Source: Conidiobolus incongruus B7586
Lineage: Eukaryota
Assembly (NCBI GenBank): GCA_000697335.1
Contig: JNEM01011441.1
Span: forward strand, 1-34,699
Reading direction: 5' to 3'
Length of the DNA: 34,699 bases
Part shown: positions 12,275 to 26,741 of the stretch, in pieces
How the letters are laid out: each line of letters opens with the position of its first letter
How positions within the stretch are numbered: position 1 is the first letter of the stretch
Position numbers and translations under genes: made by a program
The notes under the pieces: model-generated
Told to the model about the DNA's origin: nothing
Database searches by the model: none
Seen by the model: only the letters and a program-made list of their open reading frames with translations

Positions 12275-12887
12275 TGTCACTAACAATCATATTTTTTTCA
12301 TATCTCTTCATTTTGCCCGTTTATTGAATTATAATAATATGTATAATAATTATCCTAGTTTATAATTCGATATTATATTATGAAGTTAATTTTATTTCAT
12401 TATGTTTTTTATATAAATATTTTTAATTTAATACTATTGTTTTCTTCAAGTAAAATATCAGTATTAGATAATACTTTATGATAGATTATAGTTGATTGTT
12501 TTTATTATATATATATATATCTCAACTCATCCCTAATATCAAAATTAATGTTAGTTATATCACATTAATAAACATTCTTAACGAATAAACCAGGTTACTA
12601 TTCTATAAAATTCGGTTCATTATAATTGTACTAAATCATTTTATATTTTTATACACTAGTATACTTATTGGCAAAATTCAATTATTTATTTTACCATTAA
12701 TTAAAAATTTTGTAATATATTTTATATTTTATCATGGTTATATTTTACTATTAAAAAACGTTAAAATTTGTTTAAAAGAATTGAGGTTGATTTATAATTA
12801 ATAATAATAAAATACAACTAGTATATTAGAATGTAGTAGAAAATTAAAGTTATAATATTGGATAATTTTATATAAGAAAATAAGTCA

Positions 12888-14537
12888 TTATTGTGATTGT
12901 TGTTCACCATTCCAGGTGTAAGTGAAGCGAACATAAGGAACGTAATCAGTATCTTCAGCGAAAGCAATTCCAATATTTTCTTCATTTCCATCTCTCTCTT
13001 CATTTCCTTTACCAGATTTACTTCCACCTAAGTGACCATAGTTATCAAGTAAAGCTTTAGCTAATTTGGATTCTTGGTGAACCTATTATAAATTGCTAAA
13101 TTATATTGAATTATAAATAAAAACATATTAGTTACTTTAACAATAGAAGCAACATAGTTTGAAGGAAGACCATAACGTAGGACTGATTCATTAATTACGC
13201 GAATAATTTTAATGTGAATTAAACAAGATACAGCGTCACTAAAGCTAGTTTGACACCATTGGACGAGTGATTTCTATAAAGCAATTTAAATGATCATACG
13301 ATAAGAATAATAATATGGTGTAAATTACCCATAACTCTTGTTCTGTAGCAGCAACTCTTTCAAGTTCTTTTCTTTCTTCTTCCATTTGAGTTTCACTATA
13401 TTGGAAATCTCTAACAATAAATCTATATACGAATAACTTAATTGATTGATTGATTTCGCTTAATCCAAAATGTACCTGTTCTCCCTACAAGCATTACTAA
13501 ATGAATCTAATGCTCTCTTAAATAAGTGAACAGAGAATAAACCATATTCATTATCTTCAGCAATTTTTCTATGTTGATATTAATATATGTAAAATACGTT
13601 TATAATGAGTAATAATGTACTTAGCAGATCTGGGAACAACCATATCAGCTAATCTTTCATAGCTATTTTCCCAATCTTGATAATTATTTCTATTGAAAAT
13701 TGATCAATAAATCAATGATAAAAAATATATTAATATTAAATACTTTGGTACGGCAACAAATACAGTTGTTAAATATTCAGAGTCTTGAATGCAGTGCTCC
13801 TTTTGAACAATATCATTTAAATTTCTAACTGATAAGTTACCACTTTTAATAAAAAGTTAGTAAACTGATTTTTTTGTTAAAAAAATATAGATTTAAAATT
13901 ACTGTTGTTTTCTGTTTAAACTAGTCAAACTATTTTTGATAGCGGTATATTGAGTTGATTTAGATTTTAAAGTAGAATCCAAAGTAGTCATTTCCTAAAT
14001 AAATTTATTATCAATATCAATTCTTATAAATAAACAAAATTTAAATTACTTGAATAATCATATCGGTAACTTCTCTAAGAGATTTATCAGTTCTATATTT
14101 CATACTATTCCAACTAAAACTCTTTATATAGTCATCAAATTTCTCTAATAATTGAATTAATAATTTATAAGTAATAAAAAATATAAATACTTACTGTTAT
14201 TAACTAATAAACTAGTTTGTAAAGTATCGGGATCATTTTGTAAAGTAGATTTCAAAGTGTCAATTAACTTATTAACTAGTTGCTCATATAATTGGTCCAA
14301 TTTGACTAATTCATCACTCAATAACAACAAAGTATCTAAATTACCAAACTAATTTTTAATTAATAATAAATTTAATTAGCTGATGAAAAATAAATTTACT
14401 TTTAATTCAGGTAATTCTACTTCAGTCATAGACTGGGCAGCTTTCACATCTGCGCTACCGACAATATTAGATAATTCAAAATAGCTATCTTTAGGATTTG
14501 ATTTTCCTGGAATTGATAAAAACCAAAATAATGACAT
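12888..14537 (-). CDS. VMA5: V-type ATPase V1 subunit C, 10 exons
   Basis: LPELK|FGNLDTLLLLSDELVKLD, FSWNSMKYRTDKSL, GNLSVRNL, DSEYLTTVFVAVPK, YERLADMVVPRSA, FIVRDFQY, ESVLRYGLP, YVPYV. Confidence 0.96.
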
Positions 14538-15928
14538 CGTTTAAAATAAACTCAATAGTAATATTATTAGTAATAGTATTGAATACCTGTACTATTCAAT
14601 AATCATAAATATTAATTTGTATTACATCATTTTGTGGGACTGAATTTAAATTATATTGATATCCAATTATTTGATCATTTAATATAACAAAGTGAATTAG
14701 TTATCACCAATAATATGATTATTCATTATAATTTTATAAGTTGATATATAATACATAATAAATTATACATGATTATTTAATATGAAATCAATTATATTAT
14801 TCAACTGTATAACGATATAAATTTATTTTATATACCATTAAATTATTTATATTGGAAAATTGAATTATATATTCAATTTTTATAATAATAAATTAATTAT
14901 ATAATGAGAAAATATAGATAGCTCAATTGAGTTAAATTTTATCAAATTTATTATTAATTTAAATTTAAGAGAAAAAAATATATATTTGATAAAACTAAAA
15001 TATTTATAAAATTATAATATAATGAATAATCAAAAATATAAACAATAAACATTATAAATCTTGAATATAACTAATCAACTATCAAAATATGCTTATTAAT
15101 TGTTTTTATATATTCCTATTAGCAATATAAAAGTAATTTTATTTTAATTTGAATATATATTAAATAATTATCATATTTCAAAATCCATTTTTATGATGTT
15201 TCAGTGAATATTTTGTTTGTAATCAAATAATTTAAACAACTACAAGATGATACTTATTACACTAAAACATTCAATCATAAAATTATAATGAAATTCTTTT
15301 TTATAATTCTTCATTTAGAAATGTGCTAAGTTAATTAATATAATATTCAAGATTATAACTCATTAATTTAAGTTATGGAAAAATTATGAATTATACTATT
15401 TTTTAACCGAAAATAATTGCAAATATAGAAAAAAGTCAATTTATTAATCTATTTTTCTGATATTTAACATGTTTGATTTATAATAATAATTTTATTATTG
15501 ATAATAATTTATATATCATATTAATCCTACATTATACATAATACTAGCTTACTTTGGGTCTAATATTATCAATAGATTATATTATATAACCAATTTTTTC
15601 CCGTATTCCAAAATATTATTTCAAGTGTAATAAGTATAAGTAATATGTCCATATTTTGATAATATTAGTTAAATATCAAAAATTATATTCTATATTTATC
15701 TATATACACTTAAGCTTTAATTTGACCATTTCAAGAATTAATTCAAAATTGCAAAGAGAAAAGTAAGCATAAATTTGATTTTTTTAAAACAAATATATTG
15801 ATTTATTGATAAAATTTTAATATTACCTTGAATTTGAAGAAATGGGAAATTTTTTAATTTCTAATTTTTCAAACATATTATTAGTTTGAAATAAATAAAT
15901 ATATACAAAGTTAATAGGAAATTATATA

Positions 15929-15934
<6 letters not shown>

Positions 15935-15963
<29 letters not shown>
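15935..15963. repeat. (TA)n microsatellite just left of mariner relic 1
   Basis: About 14 perfect AT units; TA is the mariner target dinucleotide. Confidence 0.9.
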
Positions 15964-15966
<3 letters not shown>

Positions 15967-16017
15967 ATTTTTTTGATTAAAAAATTAACTTTTTAAAATT
16001 GGCTGTTTAATTTAATT

Positions 16018-17060
16018 ATGCTTAAATTAAATAGTAATCATCAAAAGTTTTTTATTTTAGTATTAATAAAACTTAACTATAAACCCTTTAAAATTATTTA
16101 AAATTTACAAGTAGCTTTTAGTAATAAAGTATTATTTAAATTAACAATTTATTGCTAGGTAAATTACTTTAAGGTTAAAAAAAAACTATTTAAAACCTAT
16201 TAAAATCTAAAAAACTAACTTTAACTATTACTCTTTTAATTGTTAATAAAGTGAAAAAATATATTAAAAAATACCTTTTTATTTTAGTTAAAGAATTATC
16301 TAAGTACTTTAATATTAGTTTTACAAATATTTTATATATATTAAAGTTTAAACTTAAATTAATAAATAAAAATATAAAATAAATACCTTATATTTTAACT
16401 AAAGTTTAAAAAAAGTTAAAGTAATTAATATTAAATAAAAATTACTAAAATATTATTAAAAGCTTAAACTTTTATAGTTAATAATTACAATTAATGAATC
16501 TTAAATCTTTATATATAATTTTTTATTAAAACATAAATTAAAATGTTAAATTAAGTTAAATTAACTTTCTCTACAAATTCCTTTAAATAAATATTTTATT
16601 AATAAGTAAATATTAATTATTATAATAAATTATAATAGATTATAATAGTATATACTATTTTTATTTAGTTTTTAATAGAAAATTAATTAATAGTAAATTT
16701 TATATTGTTTTTTTAAATAAAAGTATTTTTAATTAGTGTTTTCAATATAATTTAAAAAAACTTATTATTTTACATGATAATTACAAAATTCATAAATTTA
16801 AAGTTATAAAAAACTTTCTAATTAAAAATAACTAGAAAAAACTACCATATCTAGTATATTCTTTAGATTATAATTTATGTAATTATAATTGCTTTAGTTA
16901 ATTAAAAAACTAGCTTATAAGAAAAAAAATTTCTACAAGAAAATTTAATTAGTTTGTAAAACATTAAATTTTAGTTTTTAATAAAAAGAATTATTTTTTA
17001 GATATTAGATCTTTGCTAAAAGTATAGTAAAAAGTTATTAATAATAAAAGAAACTATTAA
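16018..17060 (+). mobile_element. Full-length degenerate DD34D mariner transposase (copy 1); element probably extends to ~17157
   Basis: Translation through stops: AFSNKVLFKLTIYC*V (HTH, =AFGDEALSKSTIYRWV), K*IPYILT (=WVPH.LT, 16380), IITINES* (=ITxDESW, 16481), LHDN (16773), LPYLVYSLDYNLCNY (=LPHPxYSPDxxPCDY; 34 residues between D2 and the D3 position), IRSLLKV**KVINNKRNY*; 1043 nt. Confidence 0.9.
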
Positions 17061-18480
17061 ATTTATATTATGTATTTATTTTTATATATTATATATTAAA
17101 ATATTTATTTATTTTCAATTGTAAAAAATTCCTATTATTAAAAATACAAAGTAATATTAAATTTATGAAGATAAATTTTGAATATAAAATTCATTTAGTA
17201 ATATAACTAATAGAGTGATTTATTTTGAAATCCTTGTTTTGTTATAAATTATATTTGAATTTGTTAATTGAACCAGCATAACAAAAATATATTTAGTTTG
17301 ATTTGATTATAGTGTTTTATTATTTAGCATTCTATGGTTGGGATGTTGAATAATAACAAAAATATTCTATATGATTTAATTGGGTAATATTTAGATATAG
17401 CAGAAATTTAGCAATTATCAAATAAATACTACACAAATCAAAAGATAAAATAGATAATATAGAACCATGATATTAGCCATTTCTTATATTTATGACTTAT
17501 TCAAGATATATTATATGTTTTTAATTTATATAATATTCAATATTGAATAATATCAATTAATTGATTTAAATTTATTCAGTTTAAATTCAATTAAATAATT
17601 AATTGTTATATATGATATAATTCAATAGTTATTTTCAGGAATGCCTAATATTTGGAGAGTTATATTTTATATACTCTTATATATTGGATCCCTTTATTAG
17701 TAAAATATTATATTATAAGTTTAATTTTTTTCCAATATTAATGATTATTATTATTATTATTAATCTTAATTAAATCCTATGATCTGACTGCTTTAAGTAA
17801 AATATCTAATAATCAAGTTTGAAGTATATAAGTAATTTTATCATAATATCATTTTATTAAAAAATAAATCAAAACAAAATTAAAAGAAAATAAATTAAAA
17901 AATAAATGCTTAAAAGTGTACATTTATAATATCATATATGTCATTGATATTATTCCCATTGTAAATATTTTTATATAAATATAAAGTCAATATATATTGT
18001 ATAAATAATTATAAAAGCAATTAGCTCCAATATTCAGACCATATATAATATAAAATGATATTATTTAATTATAATAATCTGTAAATAAAATTTATTAATA
18101 TAATATTAAGGTATTTAATTTTATATTTAAACATTAAATCTAAAATTTTAATTTCAAGATATTTATTTAATATTAAAATTGATATTACATATTAGAAAAA
18201 TTAAATAATATAACTACCATATTCTTACTATCTTAAAATACTGTTTTTTATATAAAATCAGAATTTTATTAACAATCAATTCATTATGAAAATCAATATT
18301 ATCGAGTAACTTTGACTTTTAAATTCTAGAAACTTAAGTAAAAGATAAATATAATATTGACCAATTATATTCCAAATTTATAATTTTATTATAGAAACTT
18401 GATATATTGACATTTATCCTATAATCCTCAATTTAGCTGTGTCCCATTTCAAGGTAAATTTTTATTAGTATAGCTATAAT

Positions 18481-19200
18481 ATGGTAAATGGTATTAATAT
18501 TATTCATCATTGGAAGCTAGTTTTGAATAAAATTACTTATTAATTAATATATTGCTTTAATCCATTATTTCAGCATTGTAACTTTGATAATGATATTAGA
18601 TTATCATATGTCTAATAAGATATTCAATCATATTAATAGTGACATATCAAGTTCATTCAAATAATAATGGATAATATTATAACTTATTAATGAGTTCAAT
18701 TTTCAATTATATATAATAGTTAATTACTTTAGTAAATTCTGAGAATTTTAGATTATTATAATATATTAATTTTTCAATTAATGAGTAGTATTATAATATT
18801 CAATTTTTACTAAAATTAGGCAAACAAAACGATTATCAACAATATAATTTTCCCATATTCCAAATATTCCAAATTTAATGATTAATTGCAATACATTTGA
18901 GCTTTGGATTAAATATGTATGTTTAAATCAATATAGCTCTGTAATAAAATTAGATATATATTTGAACTTAATTATATCGAAATCCAATTATGTTGCAATA
19001 TTGCCATCGCAGAGAATTGTATAATATGAAAAAACTGATAGGATAATTATTTAAGATGCTGAGAGCACATAATTGAACTGTTTCATTCAGAAATGGTTAA
19101 TACAAGAATCTATCAGTTTTCATAGTTAATATGAACTTATATTGATTAAAATATTTGTCAATTAAACTCAAATTTAGAACTTGATAGTTAATATATTAAA
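18481..19200 (+). pseudogene. Possible decayed gene relic (LRR/F-box-like?)
   Basis: Coding-like stretches broken by stops (FSHIPNIPNLMINCN..SSVIKLDIYLN); no diagnostic motif. Confidence 0.2.
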
Positions 19201-19799
19201 ATCAATTAAAACAGCTTTAAAATTCTTTAAAAATTATTGAATAATTAAATCTTTATATTCAAGTGTAATTTTATATTATTTACTAATATAGTCAATATCA
19301 TGGAATATAATATTTATACCTTATAATTTAATAAATTATTTTTAATATTTTAATAGTAAATTTTTTGAAAAATTAAATTAATAAAGATTCCTTTAGATAT
19401 TTCAATTTTTATTAAAATTATTTTAATAAATTAATATAATTTTTAATATTATATTATTATTAATTTTCTAGCTGCTTAATATAAACTATAATCATATATT
19501 TAATTCTCCCATAAAGTCATATTAATATAATTTAATTATAATAATCCAATAATATTTGAATATTTTTACGAGTTAATAAACAAATAAGTAAATATATATA
19601 TAATAAGACCAAATATTTTAGAAATATTTTGCTATCTTTTTGTTCATTTTTTTTTCAATTTGATTGAGAGAAAATCCTCTGTAAAATAAACCAGAATATT
19701 AATAAATATGATCTAAAATATAAAAATTATGTATAGCATATAATATAATTATCACTATCAAATGTTATTTATTTTATGTGCAACAGTAAGTTGTTACTT

Positions 19800-20437
19800 T
19801 CGATTCGTAAGCATAGGAAGCTAATGTTGATTAAAATTAATTAATACTAGTTAAGATCTTTGAGCAATTAGATTAACTATAATGACAATTCAATAAAGAT
19901 AATAAAAGTTGAATAAAAAGTGATACCAGGTTTGTTAAACTTAACATGGCAAAATTATAACAACATTAATCCAATAAATAATATTAAAGGTACAAGTATT
20001 CAATTAATGAATGGATTAAATAAAAGGTCCAAAACTGTCCCATATTTTACCCTTGATCAAATTGATCTTTAAGCGTCTAGATTATTCACTAATAAAACCG
20101 GATATTTTAACAGTTTTATATATGTCATTATTAAATAAACAATAACTGTAACTTAGAATAAACCAAGAAGGTTTTTTGTTATCCATTTGTCATATTTTCT
20201 AGATCCAGTTTTTTGCTAACTGATTAAATCGGTTCCTCCTTTGGGTTTAATCATATATAAAGATTCAATAAAATTTGAAAGAAATGTAATTGAACTTGAT
20301 AAATAAAAAAATAAATTAAATTGGAAATATATCTCAATTAACTTTATTAATATTTGTAAATCATATTGGTTAATATTTGAAATATTATTGACATAATAAT
20401 AATCTTGGTTAAATTTAAATATTATATCAATATTCAT
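19800..20437 (-). pseudogene. Possible decayed multi-pass membrane protein gene
   Basis: The frame of ORF 20216-20437 continues through scattered stops with further hydrophobic segments (LLGLF*VTVIVYLIMTYI; LLFNPFIN*ILVPLILFIGLMLL). Confidence 0.3.
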
Positions 20438-23400
20438 TTTGTAAAAAATTTAGAATTAAATAATAAGGTAATTTAGTTTTTAAAATTCTAAATTTATATT
20501 AGATTCAATTTATTAACTAATAAAATACTCTTATAACTTGGAAATAAAGTATTAATAAATATATCTTAATTACAATTAACTTGGAATCTATAATAAATTA
20601 AATCTTGAATTTTAATATCAATTGTATATTGGGGTTTCCAAAATTTTAAACAATCAAATAATATTGAATAAAATAAATATATAATATTTTGATATATAAT
20701 TATAATTTTCCATCTTATATATTATAAATGGATATTATGAATTTTAAATATATTTCAATATAAATATTAAAATTTGGGCGAAGTTTTCCTTTTTAATCAC
20801 TTTATATAGTGTTATAATACTAATTTGTTAGTTATATTCCAATAATTGGAAAATTTTTAAATAAATTATTTCTATATTGAATTTAATAGTAAAAACTCAA
20901 CTTTTGGTTTAAAATTAAGAAAAAATGATTTTTCATATATATCTAGATTATAATATAATTGTATTATATTTAATTATATTACTTGTCAATATTTCCAATC
21001 ATTTTCTATATTTAGTTAAAGTTATATATTTAAATTCAAATCCATTTCAACGAAAATTTCATCTCAAGTATCACAGCAATATTTGGAAATTGGATCTCAA
21101 AAAAAAACAAAAAGAAATTCAAAGGTATAATAACTGACTTACATAATTGTTATTAATATTATTGTAAAAATAGAGCATAAATCTATATAATATATTTCTT
21201 TTCATATTAAACTTTAATCTAGTTTCTTGGCGATTATAAAAAATGGATTGATCAACGTATATTTGAAATTTTATTGCATATTTCTTAATAAAATGGTATC
21301 AAGCATCCCTAACACATGGACCCTGTAATTTTCAATTTTATATCTATATGAGTGAAGTTGCTTTGTACTAATAACAGGATAAAATTTTAACCATTTCACA
21401 GTATAAAGTTAGTCTTTTTTGAGAATATATTTCATCATTTATTATATTTATATTATATATCGTGTTTATAATTTATATAAAAATGTATAAATTGAAAATA
21501 TTTTGTTGTTCAAAATTTGAGTTATGAAATCATAAAAATAATTTAATCTAAGATTAAAAAAAATTTTTTCTTTTATTATTTCATAAATCAATATTTTGTT
21601 ATTTAATCAATTAAAAATTATATTTATAATTATTAAAATTAATTTATTATTAATCAATGAATATATTCAGCTATGAACTTATTAAGAACAATTTAATTTC
21701 TACCAAACTTATTTCAAAATATAACTTGGTTTGAACTTATTCCATGGATTAATATATATATATGATAAACAAATTGTTTTTAAATTCAACTTCAAAAAAT
21801 ATTATTGAACATAGTGAAATTATACTTATTCTCTAGATTTTCGGATATTTGATCGCCTCTTTTTAATATATTGATTAGTAATGCTCTGCTTAATAATAGT
21901 GTTTCTACTGCGGAAAATTATTTAGTAATAAGCATTAGCTTATTTTTTTCCTGTCAAAGAAAAATACTTAAGTGTATAATATTTAACTTTTTACCCTTAT
22001 AAAACTTAATTACTTAAGATAGTAATTTTATATTCGCAAATTTAAAGTTACAATTCGAATCAAATCAATTTTAGCGACATTTTGTTTTATAATTGGTTTT
22101 CTCAAAAATTTAAATTGCTTGGCTTTTTTCCGGGAATATTACTAATTGTGGTATTAAAAACCAAAACTTAATATAGGAATTTAAAATTTTTTTGATTCAT
22201 ATTAATAAGATCATATGTTCAACATTTGCTACTAGCAAATTTATTGTATTATAAATTTATTTGATATAAAAGTTTAGTAAATTGCATTTTGAAGTGCATT
22301 TTGCATATAATAATAAATATTATAACTAAATAAAGGTAATTATTCTGTGCATATAATTTTGAATATAATTTGACCAGTATTTTATAAACAGTTTTTAAAA
22401 CTAATTTAATATAATAAATTTTTAATAACCTTTATAATTTAGGAATTTTAATTTCTAGAAAACTAAAAGAAAAACTAAATCAAATTAAGTAATATAAAAA
22501 CAAATATTAAATTTCCTTAAATGGTTAAAATAAAAATTAAAATTAAAAAAAAATGATTAAAATTTTAAATCAAATTATTAATAAAAAAATTTTCTTTTTG
22601 GATTGAAAAATAAGTGTTGAGCTATAATTAATTTTAATAACAGGAATACATTAATTTTAAATTTATTTAATAATTGGCATTCGCTTTAAACTGGATAATA
22701 ACGGTCACGAATATTATATTGAATAAATGAAAAATTCAGATGTTATTTAAATGAGTAAGTAATATATTTAAAGAATATAATTGTTAAGAATATATATATA
22801 TATAACTTTGGGTTTAACAAATAATGAATGTTTTAATTTGTATTTATAAGTAAATAATTCAGGTTTAATTGTAGATAGTCCCTAGAACATAAGCTCCAAG
22901 ATTTATTTACCTTTTCTTGCATTACAATTAACCGATCAAATAATAGTTGCGGATTATTTATAATACGCAATCACTATATTTTTCATTATTTTATTTTAAA
23001 GTTCGGTATATTCATTCCTACCGACTTCGTTATTATTATTATTATTATTATTATTTATGCTTATAATATAGTCTAATCTTCGTATAGCTTGTACGATGCC
23101 CAAATTAGTATTCCGATAAGGAATGCTCAATTCGGACATTGAATTAACAAATTTATAACTAGCAATATTATTATTTAATTTTCAATAAATCATATTTTAA
23201 ATATTAACAATTAAAATGATAAAATAATTGCCACAAATTATATTTAATACAAATATAATTTATATTTTGAGAATACTTGGTTTAAAATAATTGAAAATTA
23301 TATTAAAATAATTACTTAATACTATTTTAAGATTATTAAATTTTTTAATCAGAATATTCTACTATAATTAAATCAAATATATTAATTAATTAATATTATT

Positions 23401-23863
23401 TTTAAAAAAAATTTCAAGTTTATAGTATTATTTAATTATTACTACTATTTATATCACTTATTAATAAAAAAAATTAATTAAGTAAAATGATTTAACTAAA
23501 TTTACTAAATTGACATTTTTGTATATTCAAATAAATACGAATAGGAGGAATATACTTGTTTATACCTGTAAAATATTCAACTACTTTGGGGGATTATTAT
23601 TAAATATTTCTAATAGTAATAATATATTACTACTATTCATAAAAAACTGAAAAGAGTTACCCAATTTAGGCTAAATCAAAAATTGATATTTATTAAGATG
23701 AATAGTATAGGATATTAATAGATAAAATAATTATTGATTTTCATTTATTGAAACATAAAATATTTCAAAAATCTTAAATATATATAAAGTTGTAAAAATA
23801 TATTTGGTTAAAATTATTTTAATACAATAATTGTTCATTTTAATTAATCATAACTTGAATTTA

Positions 23864-23889
23864 ATATATATATATATATATATATATAT
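23864..23889. repeat. (TA)n microsatellite
   Basis: About 13 perfect AT units. Confidence 0.9.
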
Positions 23890-26646
23890 GATATTGTTTT
23901 TTTTATAAATTTTTCAGTTTAAAAATTTAATAATTTAAATGGATGAAATATTAATTAAATCGAATTTATATTGAAATTTTTAAAATTAAATAAATTATAT
24001 ATATATAATTAAATTTTGAAATTTTAATCAATTGATATTATTAATATTATTATATATAATCTTTATATTATTCATAAAATAAGTCATTTCCAAAGTGATA
24101 TTTTATTAAATTATTGGATAAAAAATTATAATTATTAATATGAGTGGATTATGAAATTAGATAGTTGATCTATTGAATATTATTGGCTGTATTGAATCGA
24201 TAAGGGATAGTGAAAAAGGGATGTAATAGTTTAGTATTAAAGTTTCAATAGAAACCTGTTACTCAGAAATCCCTTACTTTAAAACATTAAATCCCTGATA
24301 CATTACGATTTTTCCCATATATTACCATTTCTAGTTTTTAATCTAAATCATTTTATATGAATTAAGAATTGATATATGATTAATACAGTCTTTAATATCA
24401 AATTAGAAACTATTGAATTATGTGAATGCTATTAATAATTTAACCCAATCAGATATATGAATTACGATGAATTGAGATAAATTAGATTAATTTTTTTATG
24501 TTATAGGAAATGAGATTAAAAAAATAATTTTCATTTATATATTAATCAAATTTTCTTTTAAAAAATATTTAATGATTTTATAGTATAGTTTGAATTCAAA
24601 AGTCCAATTTCAGCGAATTCAAAAATACCGTTATATTATAACTAAGTATAGTAAGCTTATGGAGATGGTATTTTACTTTGTTTATTTAGTTAGTTTTACT
24701 CCAACTATGAAGAATTGGAGAAACCAAATTTAAAATTAGGGTACAAAATTTATAAAACAAACTTTACATATCTCTCTAATGCTTCATTATATCTTCCAAT
24801 TTAATTATTAAGTTTAAAATGAAATTAATCGCCTTTATAATGTTGGATAATATAAATTTTAGAAATTAAATTTGATAATAAATTCTGGTATTAATTAATG
24901 GATATATATTAATCATTTCACTATATATGTATAATTAAGGAGCTATTCATGTCGTTCAAATCCAGCAGCGATATTTGAACCCATCAATAGCAGTCCATCA
25001 TAATCAATTGCGAATATATTATATTTCAACTAGTCTACATCGGTTAATAACTTGTTGCTTGGTAGCAAAATTGTATATTTTCGATTCAATGGTCAATATT
25101 TTATAGTTACATTATCCAGTGGAATTGAAACAGGCTATAATGATATTTAATACATCCACTGTAGACCAAACTCTGTGAGTTTCATCCCTTTTGATTACTA
25201 TTCAAGCCAAAAGCCATTCCATGAAAATGCTTCAAGATGATTGGGCAAATGATTTTGCAGAGCTATGGTTAATTTAATTAATATGGGGTACAATTCAATT
25301 TTTAATTAAAACTAACTCAAAATAAAAGTCTCAACTCATCCCTTGAATATTTTTATCTAATTGTAATAAGAAATTGAATCATCAACTATTGATATTATGG
25401 TTGATAGGCCATTCTTTATTTGGCAACTAATAGTGGGGTAATTTATCCTTGAGATATTGATAATTCCTTTTTGAATGACCAAATAATAACTCGCCAAATC
25501 TTTTATGATTATCATTGATCAAAAAATAGTAAAATAAGTTATTGTTTTTATTCACCCCTTATCACTAATATTCATTCTGTCGATTATAACATAATTTTAC
25601 CAAATTCAATTATCATATATTTATCATATATTTCATTTCATAAATTAAATTATATATCTCAAACCATAGCCTTTAACTAATTGAAATATTAGGTTTAATA
25701 TCATGAAGCACTGATAGGTTATATAACTTTGATATACAAGTTAGATTCTATTTCAATACAAATATACATTCCTCATTCTGATTATAACGATTTCAATATT
25801 TTGATTGATATGAATAAAAAACTATGAAAATCCTTTACTTAAATTAGACTAATATCGCAATTTTTATATTTGGTTTATAATTACAAATATGATAATGATA
25901 AGATAATTATATTGTATAATAAATAATTTAAACATTTTTCAAAAGTTTGATTAAAAATTTAAATTATAATTCATATATTTTAATGATATAATTATTTTCT
26001 ATTATCATGATTAAAGGATTATAATTTATGTCATATTAATAAATTATTCATTATATATATTTCAACCATCTTAATTATTTAATTCAAATAATAGTATTAT
26101 TATGAACAATATATATGATTTTAATCCTTATCAATCAAAAATATGTGATCTTATTTTTGATAGTTAATATATTTCATATAACTATTCCAGAAAATTTTTT
26201 ATATTTATGAATATATAATTTGAACTTTTATAATATACAATAAACTATCTCACAAATATTACATAATTAATATCCAAAAAGTAGATTATGAAAGGCCGAG
26301 TTATAAAACCATTAACAAGCAGAAATGTTGAATGCAAAACCTATGTCAAATAAAACTATGTGTACGAATGGATGAAAATCATACAAATAACGGATGAAAT
26401 TGTATAAAATTTACTGCAAAATATTGATTTTTTTTGAATTTCATACAAATAAATATCTGTATTTAGCTGAGATATGCAATGATTGGAAGTTATGATCTCA
26501 TTATTAAAATTTCCAAATGATCAATTTTGGAATTCGGAATAGATTATGGTCCAATAAGAGTCATTAAATAGTTGGTCAAATAAGGATTGATGTTTAATAT
26601 ACGAAACAGGAAAATTGAATAAAAAAGTCAATGAACGTGAGAAAGG

Positions 26647-26741
26647 AGGGGGTTAATAGAAAGGTTGTGTGTACTGAAAGGTGAATGAGATACGGAAAGG
26701 GGCTATAGTTTGTCAAAAATAGTTTTTGAAAAGTATAAATA
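26647..26741 (+). promoter_or_regulatory. Promoter of the C2H2 factor: two STRE-like AGGGG elements and a TATA box
   Basis: AGGGG at 26647-26651 and 26698-26702; TATAAATA at 26734-26741, ~110 nt upstream of the ATG. Confidence 0.5.

Noticed and set aside
12818..13027. 69-aa minus-strand ORF
   Set aside because: Alternate frame of the last VMA5 exon
15961..16000. Left TIR of mariner copy 1
   Set aside because: No convincing inverted match to the right end; the boundary is obscured by the TA microsatellite
24954..24980. Pol III B-box-like GTTCAAATCC within an 8-bp inverted repeat
   Set aside because: No A box or cloverleaf; not a tRNA or SINE on this evidence
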